From Euryarchaeota archaeon UBA23 (GTDB taxonomy: Archaea; Thermoplasmatota; Poseidoniia; Poseidoniales; Thalassarchaeaceae), in assembly GCA_002498725.1 (NCBI GenBank), contig DAIJ01000032.1, positions 1-62,704 on the forward strand: a stretch of DNA of 62,704 bases. Direction: 5' to 3'. Positions 9,372 through 18,853 of the stretch are shown here, one piece after another. Made by a program: the position numbers and the translations under genes. Under the pieces are notes generated by a model. It was not told the DNA's origin and did not search any database. It saw nothing but the letters and a program-made list of their open reading frames with translations. How positions within the stretch are numbered: the first letter of the stretch is position 1; the number at the start of each line of letters is the position of its first letter.

Positions 9372-10232
9372 ATGATTAGTCAAAACCAGCGTAATAAAGT
9401 GTTGATAATTACCGTATTATTCGTATTCCTCAGCATGGGTCTTTGGACTTCTTCTTGGTTTGAGATCAATGGACGAGGGACATATATAGAAGGTATTGAA
9501 AGAGAGCCCAGTATTGTAGTTGAATATACAATTGATTCATCCCAGGAGTCGATTTCAGTTTCCTTAGAAAATGCCACACCACTCCTCCAATATTGGAGAA
9601 ATAGAGAAATTATTTCTAATCAAGAAATGACAGATGAAGATCAACAAGAAACTAATGTTGAAAATTCTTTAACTGAAGAGGAGTCATCAACTTTAGATGT
9701 TATTCGAACACTCATTACCATCATTATTTTCTTCATTGGATTGTCTATAGTTGAATCAGTTAGGAAATCAAGCCGGATTTGGAATAGGGTTTCAATTGTG
9801 GTATGGTTCATTCTCGGATTATCTATACTTTTTCAAGTCCCCATGTCGGCAATTGATGATTTTGGATTGAGTCAAGATGGAGAGTCATCAACAGGTGGTT
9901 TTGATTCAGCTAGTAATGACGAAGTATCAATTGATCAATTTGCCCACCATTCTTCAAATTCTGGAATAGATCTGGAATTTTTTAATCTTAATTTTTATTA
10001 TAGTTCACAGGGTTATGACCTTGGCTTATTATCAGAAGAAGACCGTCAACAAGTAATTGATAATCCTCCTATTATAGGTGAGAAAGGATATGAATCATTC
10101 ATAAAATTCGACGCTGAAATGAAAGCCGGCCCTGGTACTGTAATTTATTGGTGGCTAAGTATTGGGATATTGATTTTCTATTGGAATAGATCTCTCAAGA
10201 CAGACTCCAGTGATGGTAATTTAGATTCTTGA
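9372..10232 (+). CDS. Four-TM membrane protein of unknown function
   Basis: Four hydrophobic segments with two large acidic loops; starts right after the upstream surface-protein gene. Confidence 0.7.
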   Translation: MISQNQRNKVLIITVLFVFLSMGLWTSSWFEINGRGTYIEGIEREPSIVVEYTIDSSQESISVSLENATPLLQYWRNREIISNQEMTDEDQQETNVENSLTEEESSTLDVIRTLITIIIFFIGLSIVESVRKSSRIWNRVSIVVWFILGLSILFQVPMSAIDDFGLSQDGESSTGGFDSASNDEVSIDQFAHHSSNSGIDLEFFNLNFYYSSQGYDLGLLSEEDRQQVIDNPPIIGEKGYESFIKFDAEMKAGPGTVIYWWLSIGILIFYWNRSLKTDSSDGNLDS

Positions 10233-10909
10233 TCTGGCACAAAAAGTTGTTTCCAAGCCTCTAGGTGCTGAGCCACAACCATGATTACTGCAAAGTCATC
10301 CTTGGTTGCATCTTCGTCGTAGGAAATGGTGACTTGTTCTTTGGCGGAGAGGAATCCTGAATCTCCTCCTCCAGCTGCAGTATCGAGATCTATTGCTAGG
10401 TCAGCCTCACCATCTTCGATAATTACAGAATCCCAAGGGCCGTTGAGTAGTGTTCTACGACCTTCTATTGGAATAATTGACCCCCCCTCTCTGGCCCAAG
10501 ACGCAGCAATAGAACGAGCAGCAGAACCCCCTCCTCGCATTTTCAGAATACTTCCTTTAGGTTCAAAGCCAATGTGTCGGCAAGCGGCAACAAAACCTAA
10601 GCCATCAGTACTTGTCCCAGACCATTCCCCATCAGATCTTTTCAATTGATTAATTGCATTGATTCCCTCCGGCCCTGAAACGCCCAATCTCTCTTGGGGG
10701 GAATGTTTCAAAGGTGCAGTACAACTAATCCAAATATCTCCATTAAGGTGCTCTATATTCTTAAGAAATTCATCAATTGAATTCGCCTCAATAAATACAC
10801 ATTGTGGACTAGAAATTCCAACATATTCTCCTACAATTTTGAATAATTGTGGAGTGAGTGAATGGGAGATTGGAAAACCGGCTATACCCCAGTATGCCGG
10901 CCCTGACAT
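10178..10909 (-). CDS. aroE: Shikimate dehydrogenase-like protein (divergent AroE family)
   Basis: G.PISHSLTP, CTAPLK (cf. VTxPxK), AINQ, STDGLGF, GGGSAARS; start moved to the ATG at 10909. Confidence 0.75.
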   Translation of the reverse strand: MSGPAYWGIAGFPISHSLTPQLFKIVGEYVGISSPQCVFIEANSIDEFLKNIEHLNGDIWISCTAPLKHSPQERLGVSGPEGINAINQLKRSDGEWSGTSTDGLGFVAACRHIGFEPKGSILKMRGGGSAARSIAASWAREGGSIIPIEGRRTLLNGPWDSVIIEDGEADLAIDLDTAAGGGDSGFLSAKEQVTISYDEDATKDDFAVIMVVAQHLEAWKQLFVPDQESKLPSLESVLRDLFQ

Positions 10910-10972
10910 TATCCCATCCTCGGAATTGTCGGAAATGAAGGTTTCAAGTCGCCATCTTCGGCCCAATAGGTG

Positions 10973-12688
10973 ATGGATAGTGACTTGGATATCGCTCGCG
11001 CCGCTAATTTGAGACCAATTCAAGAAGTGGCTGACAAGTTAGGATTGGCTCACAGTGACCTGATTTTACAAGGTCCCTCTGTTGCAAAAATTTCTTGGGA
11101 TCGAATGAAAAATGCGTCGGATTCAAAGCAAGGTTTCCTTATTCTTGTAACAAGTGTTAACCCAACTCCTTTTGGAGAAGGAAAAACCGTCACAACTATC
11201 GGACTCAATCAAGGTTTGAATCGTCGTGGTTATAATGCAACTTGTGTAATACGAGAGCCTTCAATGGGTCCTGTATTTGGAATAAAAGGCGGAGCCGCTG
11301 GAGGCGGTTATTCACAAGTACTGCCAATGGAGGAAATTAACTTACATTTCACTGGAGATTTACATGCAGTTACAATGGCTCATAACCTATGTTCTGCAAT
11401 GTTAGACAACCACCTTCATCGTGCTAATAAATTAGATTTTGATCTTAATAGGATTTTGTGGCCACGTGTTATCGACATGAACGATCGCAGCCTAAGAGAA
11501 GTCACCATAGGACTTGGAGGAAAGGCAAATGGATTAGTCCGAACAGATCGATTTGATATTACAGCAGCTAGCGAAGTGATGGCAATTCTAGTTCTTTCAA
11601 AGGATTATGAAGATCTCAGATCAAGATTAGGCAGAATTGCTGTAGGTGTTTCTAATTCTGGCTCGATAATTACTGCTGAGGACTTGGGATGTGCTGGTGC
11701 AATGGCCCTTCTCTTGAGGAATGCATTACTTCCAAATTTAGTCCAGACTCTAGAAGGAGATCCCGCTTTTATTCATGGAGGACCCTTTGCAAACATTGCA
11801 CACGGAAACTCTTCCATAATTGCAGATTCTTTAGCATTATCATGTGCAGACTATGTTGTAACCGAAGCGGGATTTGGTGCAGATATGGGTGCTGAAAAAG
11901 CATTGCAAATCAAGGCACAAGCCTCAGGAAAGGTTCCTGACTGTATAGTCCTAAATGTCACAGTCAGATCAATGAAATTGCATGGGAATGGTTTTTCAAC
12001 TGGAGGTGGCAAAAGACCACCTAAAGAAGAATTAGAATCAGAAAATGTAGAAGCTACCAGGGAAGGGGCAGCTAGTAACTTACGCAGACATGTGCGTAAT
12101 CTTGCTCAGACTAAAATTCCAGTTGTTGTTTCTATTAACCGATTTTCAACCGATACAGATGATGAGATAGCAGCAATACGTGATGAAGCAATCTCTGCTG
12201 GTGCACGTGATGTAGTACTTTTTGAAGGACATGCCAATGGAGGAATTGGTGGCTCATTACTCGCTGATGCTGTTGTGGAAGCATGTGCTGCTCATGATTC
12301 GGCAGGGCGCCCATACGAACCAATAGTAGACCCTGGTCTTCCTGCTGATCAAACTATATTGAGAGTGGCAACTAATGTATATGGTGCCCACACTGTTGAC
12401 TTTTCATCAGAGGCCCACAAGACCCTCGAATTACTACGCAATTGGGGATTAGACAAATTACCTGTGTGTATGGCAAAAACCCAGTATTCATTTAGTCATG
12501 AACCGAGTGAACTAGGGTCTCCCACTGGATTTACATTACCAATTAGAGAACTTCGATTAAATTCAGGTGCGGGTTTCATTGTGGCTATTTGCGGATCAAT
12601 GATGACTATGCCTGGTCTGCCTATTCGTCCTGCTGCTATGGATATGGATATGGATGATGATGGACGCCTAACTGGTGTATTCAGTTAA
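10973..12688 (+). CDS. fhs: Formate--tetrahydrofolate ligase
   Basis: PTPFGEGKTVTTIGL, REPSMGPVFGIKGGAAGGGYSQV, HGGPFANIAHG, TEAGFGADMGAEK, MTMPGLP. Confidence 0.97.
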   Translation: MDSDLDIARAANLRPIQEVADKLGLAHSDLILQGPSVAKISWDRMKNASDSKQGFLILVTSVNPTPFGEGKTVTTIGLNQGLNRRGYNATCVIREPSMGPVFGIKGGAAGGGYSQVLPMEEINLHFTGDLHAVTMAHNLCSAMLDNHLHRANKLDFDLNRILWPRVIDMNDRSLREVTIGLGGKANGLVRTDRFDITAASEVMAILVLSKDYEDLRSRLGRIAVGVSNSGSIITAEDLGCAGAMALLLRNALLPNLVQTLEGDPAFIHGGPFANIAHGNSSIIADSLALSCADYVVTEAGFGADMGAEKALQIKAQASGKVPDCIVLNVTVRSMKLHGNGFSTGGGKRPPKEELESENVEATREGAASNLRRHVRNLAQTKIPVVVSINRFSTDTDDEIAAIRDEAISAGARDVVLFEGHANGGIGGSLLADAVVEACAAHDSAGRPYEPIVDPGLPADQTILRVATNVYGAHTVDFSSEAHKTLELLRNWGLDKLPVCMAKTQYSFSHEPSELGSPTGFTLPIRELRLNSGAGFIVAICGSMMTMPGLPIRPAAMDMDMDDDGRLTGVFS

Positions 12689-12701
12689 TGGAAGTGGTGA
12701 T

Positions 12702-13760
12702 TTGCGTAGATTAAAGGCCTCAGATGAAGGGGTCAGGTTACGTGTAGATACACCTGATGATCTGTGGACAATAGCACAGATCTGTAGGAATGGTGCAAAT
12801 CTTGGAATGCTTTCTCATAGAAGAGACTCAACTACGGGTACACAGGAAGGGGGACGTGCGAAATCAGCGGAAAGAAAGCCTATGTGGATAGAAATTGAGG
12901 TAACTGAGACCGCCTTTCAGCCATTCACTGATAATCTTCGGATCCATGGAATAATTAGTGAAGCGAAGATAGACATTGGAAGTCACCATACACATATAGT
13001 TGGAGTTGGTGATGAAATAGAAATTTCATTTGAAGGAGGCATTCCCTCAGTCGACGAATCTCTAATTCAATCTGCATTATCTTCTGGTTCTCAACCAAAG
13101 GCCGGATTGGTAGTAGTCGAGAATGATGAAGTATTGATCTTCGAAATTACTTCTCATGGTATTAGAGACATTTCCAGTTTTTCAATGCGAGGAGGTGGTA
13201 AGAGAGCGGAAGATTCTACTGAAGTAAGTCGGCGCTTTTTCGAGAAGGTCACACGTGAAACTAATATGGTATTTCCAAAGTCTATGCCTCTTGTGATATG
13301 TGGTCCTGGAATGGCTAGAGACCAGTTTGAAAAAATGCTAAGAGAACTTGGAGCAGAGAATCAGATATTGAATACAGCCACCTCAATAGGTGGTCGCGCC
13401 GCAGCTAATGAGGTACTAGCAGGTGGTGCCGCTGATACATTACTTGGAGAATATGACCTTGTTAAACAAGTTAGATTAATTGAAGAAGGTATGACAAGAA
13501 TTTCTACAAACGCTGCTGTTGTTTATGGAAGAAATTCAATAGCAGATGCGGCGGAACAGGGAGCAGTAGAAACTCTTGTTATCGATGCAACTATTCTCCG
13601 TGATGACAATTTCGAAATACGTACTCATTGGGAATCAATAATAAAAGATATAGAATCAACTCGAGGAGAGGTAATTCAGGCTTCAGTGGATCATGATGCT
13701 GGTCAACAATTGGTCGGTATAGGAGGGGCTCTAGCTCTTCTTCGCTGGAAGGTAGATTAA
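12702..13760 (+). CDS. pelA: Pelota (ribosome rescue / mRNA surveillance, eRF1-like)
   Basis: DDLWT, FQPFTDNLRIHG.I, GSHHT, GPG..RD.F, YG...I..A..GAVETL, QL.GIGG..ALLRW; TTG start after GGTGA. Confidence 0.9.
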   Translation: MRRLKASDEGVRLRVDTPDDLWTIAQICRNGANLGMLSHRRDSTTGTQEGGRAKSAERKPMWIEIEVTETAFQPFTDNLRIHGIISEAKIDIGSHHTHIVGVGDEIEISFEGGIPSVDESLIQSALSSGSQPKAGLVVVENDEVLIFEITSHGIRDISSFSMRGGGKRAEDSTEVSRRFFEKVTRETNMVFPKSMPLVICGPGMARDQFEKMLRELGAENQILNTATSIGGRAAANEVLAGGAADTLLGEYDLVKQVRLIEEGMTRISTNAAVVYGRNSIADAAEQGAVETLVIDATILRDDNFEIRTHWESIIKDIESTRGEVIQASVDHDAGQQLVGIGGALALLRWKVD

Positions 13761-14351
13761 ATGGATACCGCAGTTCGTTTTGTTGGAATCGGTGAAAAAT
13801 CGGTTGGCAAAGTTCTTGAACATGCTAGATTAATTGGCGCCGAAACTAGTGAATATTCTCTAGAGTTAGTCAATTTTGATCATGGTAGTATAGATTGGCG
13901 AGGATCCTTAGGAGGAGTTCATTGGTTGTTGCTTTCATCTTCTAATGTAATTCATTCTCAGAACTCAAAAAGTGCCCACGGTGCGGCAATGACATTTTCT
14001 GAACTAGAAGGCTCACGCGTTGTTATGATAGTTGATTTACCCGATGAAGAAGAGAGATTGATAGAGGCATGGGGTTTTGTTATTGAACGAATTCGACAAA
14101 TCAATATTCTTTACATAACTTCAGATGCTATATCGCATATTGCAAGTATTGAACAGATGTCGGAGAAAGAGTTGTTAGAAGAAATAAGAATTCGAGGAAT
14201 GGTTCCTCAAGTATTAACTATAGATCCAAACGGCAAGGTCCGAATTTTTCATTCATTAGGAGACCTTAATCTCCCTTCAAATTCTAGAAACAATTTTTCA
14301 TGGTTAGCAACTTATCTGTGCCAACTTCCAAATGTTTCTCATTTGAATTAA
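13761..14351 (+). CDS. Hypothetical protein with PfkB/ribokinase-like features but no catalytic signature
   Basis: DW...L.GVHWLLLS, G.RVVMIVD, INILYIT resemble the PfkB core; no DxxGAGD motif. Confidence 0.6.
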   Translation: MDTAVRFVGIGEKSVGKVLEHARLIGAETSEYSLELVNFDHGSIDWRGSLGGVHWLLLSSSNVIHSQNSKSAHGAAMTFSELEGSRVVMIVDLPDEEERLIEAWGFVIERIRQINILYITSDAISHIASIEQMSEKELLEEIRIRGMVPQVLTIDPNGKVRIFHSLGDLNLPSNSRNNFSWLATYLCQLPNVSHLN

Positions 14352-14387
14352 TGAAAACTTATTCCTCTATGTCTACACCATTTGCCT

Positions 14388-15713
14388 ATGGGCGACCCTC
14401 ATCGATCAGGTATGGGAATACTTTTTCTCGTGGTCCTCATCGATTTGATAGGCTTCACATTGGTTATTCCGTTCCTTACTTATTTCGTACAAGATCTGGC
14501 TTCAGGGGATGGTTTTACTGGTGTTGGCGAGAGAGATTTATGGGTGGGTATTGTTCTAGCAGCCTACACATTTGGACAGTTTTTATTCACGCCAATATTA
14601 GGGGCTCTTTCAGATCGATTAGGTCGTAGACCGATTATCATTATCGGTTTAATATCAAATACAATTTTCTTTATTGCATTTGGTTTGGCTAAGAGTCTAT
14701 GGTTTGCTATAATTGTAAGATTTCTCGCTGGTGCCGGAAATGGAAATATTGCAGTAGCTCGTGCTTACATTGGAGATGTAAGTACTAATGAACAATTGAA
14801 AGGAAGGATGGGAATGATAGGTGCAGCCTTTGGCTTAGGTTTCACGATTGGACCTTTTATCGGAGGAGTATTAACTGATCCATATACCAATATTGGAGGA
14901 TTTTTTGAAACTACTTGGTGGCAGAATCACCCCTATTTCCTCCCTTGTCTTTTCGCTGGATTCCTATCGTTTTTATCACTAATTTTAGCCATAAATCAAC
15001 TTCCCGAAAGTTTACCCGAAGAGAAACGTAACCATTCAATGAATAAAAATAGCCCAATCAAGCAAATAATATCTAATTTGTTGGGCATTAGAGATCTTTC
15101 CAAGCCGGTGCAAATTCTAATTATGGTTAATGCTATTTTCATGATTTCATTTTCTATAATGAATGCAACTTTCATTCTATTTACTGGAATGCCTATTGAA
15201 GATGGCGGTCTTGGTTTTGATGCAGTGACTAATGGTTACATTTTTGCTTTCGTAGGAGTCGTTGGAGTTTTAGTACAAGGTGGTTTTATGCGAAGTTCAA
15301 TAGCACAAAAAATAGATACTAGGTTAATGATGATTGTTGGAATAATTGTTTGCGGCTCTGGAATAGGATGGATCCCATATCTCGATCCGGAACCGTTTGT
15401 AATAGTTTTACTCCCTGTGGCTTTTATTGCTGTTGGTAATGGTTTATTCCAACCTACACAGAATACCTTACTCACATTGGAGACCAAGTATTCTTCACTA
15501 GATTTAGGAAGAGTAATGGGTGCTCAAGAAGGATATGCTGCATTGGCACGAATCATAGGTCCTATTCTTGCAGCATTTGTATGGGCGGAAACCGTAGATA
15601 ATACTGGTAAATTCGGTTATCATACGGTATTCGTTCTTAGTTTTGCTTTGGCTATAATCGCAGTAATTTCACAAATAAAACTTAGATTATCAATTTATAC
15701 AGACGAAGAATAG
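14388..15713 (+). CDS. MFS transporter (TetA/DHA1-like)
   Basis: DLIGFTLVIP, GALSDRLGRRP (motif A), RFLAG, G..GAAFGLGFTIGP (motif C); about 12 TM segments. Confidence 0.93.
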   Translation: MGDPHRSGMGILFLVVLIDLIGFTLVIPFLTYFVQDLASGDGFTGVGERDLWVGIVLAAYTFGQFLFTPILGALSDRLGRRPIIIIGLISNTIFFIAFGLAKSLWFAIIVRFLAGAGNGNIAVARAYIGDVSTNEQLKGRMGMIGAAFGLGFTIGPFIGGVLTDPYTNIGGFFETTWWQNHPYFLPCLFAGFLSFLSLILAINQLPESLPEEKRNHSMNKNSPIKQIISNLLGIRDLSKPVQILIMVNAIFMISFSIMNATFILFTGMPIEDGGLGFDAVTNGYIFAFVGVVGVLVQGGFMRSSIAQKIDTRLMMIVGIIVCGSGIGWIPYLDPEPFVIVLLPVAFIAVGNGLFQPTQNTLLTLETKYSSLDLGRVMGAQEGYAALARIIGPILAAFVWAETVDNTGKFGYHTVFVLSFALAIIAVISQIKLRLSIYTDEE

Positions 15714-15775
15714 ATGTTTAAATTTTTAATTCATGACAAACAAAGGATTAGAACCTATTTATCTTTAAGAACTTC

Positions 15776-16759
15776 ATGGGACGTCGTGGCGTGCTGATGA
15801 TAAACGTAGGAACTCCCGATCAGCCAACAGTAGAATCAGTAAGACATTATCTTAGGGATTTCCTTCTTGATCCAAATGTAATCGATGCACCTTACATCAT
15901 TCGCCACTTGTTAGTTAGAGGTATAATTCTACGGTTTCGACCGTTGAAAATTGCCCCAAGATACAAAGAAATATGGATGGATGAGGGCTCTCCCCTGAGA
16001 GTTTTTACAAATAGAATGACTCAAGCAATCAAATCAGAATTTAACCCAGACGAGATTGTTATTGAATATGGAATGAGATATGGAAATCCAAGTATTCGTT
16101 CGGCTTTAGATCTGCTTAAACAACAGGGTGTTGATGAACTTCTAATTGCTCCATTATTTCCTCAATTCGCTCAAGCGACAACTGAAACAGCTAACTCTGA
16201 AGTATATTTTCAATTGAAACAGATGGGTTGGAATCCAATGACTAAAGAGATAAATGATTTCTATGAAGAACCCGAATTCATTAACCCAATTACTGAGACC
16301 ATAAAAGAGAAAATGAATGATAATTCACATATTCTTTTTTCATTCCACGGTTTGCCTTTGTCCCATGTTCGTCGAGCAAAAAAATTAGGTAAACCAAATT
16401 ATGTAGAACATTGTAACAAAACTGTTCTTTCTGTGGTAGAAAAATTAGGTCTAAATGATTCTCAGTGGTCAATTAGTTATCAAAGTAGATTAGGTCCTGT
16501 AAGATGGTTGAAACCATCTACGGATTCAACAGTAAAATCATTAGCAAAGAGAGGAATTGAACACCTAGTAATTGTTTCACCGGCTTTTGTTGCTGATGGA
16601 CTAGAGACACTCGAGGAATTGGACATGGAGGCCCGAGAAATTTATACAGAAAATGGAGGGGGGGAAATGACTGTGGTGAAATGCCTTAATGATAATCCAG
16701 CATGGATTCAGGGTTTGAAATCTTTAATTTACAATGGTTTTGAAAATCCGCGAACTTGA
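15776..16759 (+). CDS. hemH: Ferrochelatase
   Basis: GVLMINVGTP, GSPL, GMRYGNPSI, PLFPQ, FSFHGLP, YQSRLGP..WLKP, FVADGLETLEEL, CLND. Confidence 0.95.
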   Translation: MGRRGVLMINVGTPDQPTVESVRHYLRDFLLDPNVIDAPYIIRHLLVRGIILRFRPLKIAPRYKEIWMDEGSPLRVFTNRMTQAIKSEFNPDEIVIEYGMRYGNPSIRSALDLLKQQGVDELLIAPLFPQFAQATTETANSEVYFQLKQMGWNPMTKEINDFYEEPEFINPITETIKEKMNDNSHILFSFHGLPLSHVRRAKKLGKPNYVEHCNKTVLSVVEKLGLNDSQWSISYQSRLGPVRWLKPSTDSTVKSLAKRGIEHLVIVSPAFVADGLETLEELDMEAREIYTENGGGEMTVVKCLNDNPAWIQGLKSLIYNGFENPRT

Positions 16760-16795
16760 TTATTGATGTATCCGAGTAAATTTTTCATAATCATT

Positions 16796-17257
16796 TTATT
16801 CTTCAAAATTAGGAATTCTTAGTATGAATAATGTTCCTATTATTGCTAAGATAAACGTAGCTAATTTAGCATAAACTAGGTTCTCAGGTATGCCAAAAAA
16901 TAATGCAAATAGTACAAATAACCAGATAGTTGGAATAATTATTTTCTTACTCCTAGACGGTATTCCTTTTCCTTCTCTATAATTTTTAACCTGATGTCCA
17001 AACATTTTGTTATTGATTATCCAATCGTAGAACTTCTGACTTGATTTGGCATAACATGCAGCGGCTAAAATCATCAACGGGGTTGTTGGTAATCCCGGTA
17101 TTACTATTCCAATTAATCCAATACACATTATGATAAAACCAATTGTGAACCAAATTAATCTGCCAATTCGTGATCGATTAAGATCAACTTTGTGAATCTC
17201 AAGATTCGTTTGTTGATCATTTATGCCAGTGCCTTCTGGCGATGGACCATTGGTCAT
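16796..17257 (-). CDS. YbaN / DUF454 family membrane protein
   Basis: GLIGIVIPGLPTTP..ILAAACYAKSS.KFY.W, FG..V.NYREGKGIP...K. Confidence 0.9.
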   Translation of the reverse strand: MTNGPSPEGTGINDQQTNLEIHKVDLNRSRIGRLIWFTIGFIIMCIGLIGIVIPGLPTTPLMILAAACYAKSSQKFYDWIINNKMFGHQVKNYREGKGIPSRSKKIIIPTIWLFVLFALFFGIPENLVYAKLATFILAIIGTLFILRIPNFEE

Positions 17258-17297
17258 GTAACTCGATGATGAATTAAGTATGTAATGGCTTGTATTA

Positions 17298-17430
17298 GGT
17301 CATTCGAAAATTACCTTTTAAAATTTTTTTTTTGTTAATGTATTCAGTATTTTTTCTGAATAATACGGTAAAAATGCCAAATTTTTTTTTTTTAATTTTG
17401 TTTTCTCTTTCCCTATAATTGATAAATAAT
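17298..17430. other. Very AT-rich intergenic tract with two long T runs and nested short inverted repeats
   Basis: aaa+T-run twice (about 17321 and 17379); tattcag/ctgaata and ttacc/ggtaa pairs; lies between divergent genes. Confidence 0.6.
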
Positions 17431-17533
17431 CCCAAGCAATTCATTACATAACACTCTACAGAAATAGGGACTTGCTCCGAATACCCCTTTAGTAGGGACA
17501 CCCCTTCGGCGGCACCTGCGAGGAGCGTAGCGT

Positions 17534-18709
17534 ATGCCATTAAGACTTGGACCAGCAGGAGTTCCACTCTCTTGTAAGGGTAGAACAATAGTTGAAGGGA
17601 TGGATGACATCACGGTCCTTGGACTGGAAACAATGGAGATACAAACTGTACGTCAAGTCCAGCCTCATCACTTCGATCAATACTGGCAGGCAGGTATTCT
17701 TTCCCATAAGGCAGATTTTGAGATGAACGTTCATGGCCCATACTATGGAGAGTTACTTGGAAGTCGTAGAGAGAGGAATCGTACACTTGCAAAAATGGAA
17801 TCTAGTATGCAAGTTGGTAAAATAGTAAATGCCAGACATATGGTCTGTCATGTTGGACCTTATGGTGAATATGATCCCGGCACCGAAACTAATCAAGAAG
17901 TTGCAAACGTTATGGCTGGAGTAGTTGAAAGAATCCGTTCAATATGGGGTGTAGAGGGGGAAGAAGAAGACTATGCTGCTTTCCCTTGGGTTCATGAAGC
18001 AGAACCGACACTCGTTGGTATTGAGACCAGTGGGCGTCAGGAACTATGGGGTACAGTAGAAGAAGTTCTTGAAGTAGTAAATCATGTTGAAGGCACTGTT
18101 CCAGTTTTGAATATGGCTCATATTCATGCTAGAGGCCATGGCCGTTTGAAAACTTCAGAAGATTACGCTGAATTATTTGATCAGGTCAGAAAGACGATAG
18201 GTGGCAAGAAGTTCTACTGTCACTTTGCAGGAGTTGAACATAGAATGGGCAACGCCTTGCATTACACTCAGATTAAGAAATCAGATCTTAAGTTTGAGCC
18301 ATTTGCAGAATATCTTGCTGAAGAAGGTGATTGGATGGATATCACAATAATCTCAGACTCTCCTCTACTTGAACACGATGCTATGTATATGGCTCAGCAT
18401 TATGACAAGGCACGCCAAAGATTACTAGAAATCCGAGCTCGAGATGATCGCCGAATGAAATTAGCCGCCGAATCTGGCATCGATGTTGAGGAATTAGCTA
18501 GACGTGAAAAAGAGCAGGCAGATGCACGTAAACAACTTATTGAATCAGATAAGGACGCTAAAATGGCGGTCAAACAACCCCCCGCTAAAGAAGAAAAGAA
18601 AGACTCCAAATCAGAAAAGAAGAATAGTAAGGCCAATGCAAAAGCAAAGAAGGATGATAATATGATGTCCTTCGAAGATGATGAAGAAGAATTTGATGAT
18701 CTCTTCTGA
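17534..18709 (+). CDS. nfo: Endonuclease IV-like (AP endonuclease 2 TIM barrel) protein with charged C-terminal tail
   Basis: GPAGVP, VHGPYY, CHVG, ETSGR..WGTVEE, AHIHAR, CHFAGVE, IISDSPLLEHDA. Confidence 0.85.
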   Translation: MPLRLGPAGVPLSCKGRTIVEGMDDITVLGLETMEIQTVRQVQPHHFDQYWQAGILSHKADFEMNVHGPYYGELLGSRRERNRTLAKMESSMQVGKIVNARHMVCHVGPYGEYDPGTETNQEVANVMAGVVERIRSIWGVEGEEEDYAAFPWVHEAEPTLVGIETSGRQELWGTVEEVLEVVNHVEGTVPVLNMAHIHARGHGRLKTSEDYAELFDQVRKTIGGKKFYCHFAGVEHRMGNALHYTQIKKSDLKFEPFAEYLAEEGDWMDITIISDSPLLEHDAMYMAQHYDKARQRLLEIRARDDRRMKLAAESGIDVEELARREKEQADARKQLIESDKDAKMAVKQPPAKEEKKDSKSEKKNSKANAKAKKDDNMMSFEDDEEEFDDLF

Positions 18710-18718
18710 TTGTGAATA

Positions 18719-18794
18719 TGGTGGGACTGGCCGGACTTGAACCAGCGGCCTCCGCATCTTCAGTGCGGCGCTCTCCCAGCTGAGCTACAGTCCC
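18719..18794 (-). tRNA. trnF: tRNA-Phe (GAA), intronless, CCA encoded
   Basis: GGGACTG TAGCTCAGCTGGGAGAGCG CCGCA CTGAAGA TGCGG AGGCC GCTGG TTCAAGT CCGGC CAGTCCC ACCA; complete cloverleaf, 76 nt. Confidence 0.97.
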
Positions 18795-18853
18795 CTTGTG
18801 ATTGATGCCGATGTACATTCCACTTCAATACTTCTGAATATAGAAATTCAATA

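Noticed and set aside
17461-17533. Structured RNA or riboswitch before the endonuclease IV-like gene
   Set aside because: Short possible stems (gctcc/ggagc, ccct/aggg) overlap a likely BRE/TATA element; no recognisable family
18719-18794. tRNA as integration site of a mobile element
   Set aside because: No duplicated tRNA 3' end seen and no integrase in the window; flanking genes are housekeeping
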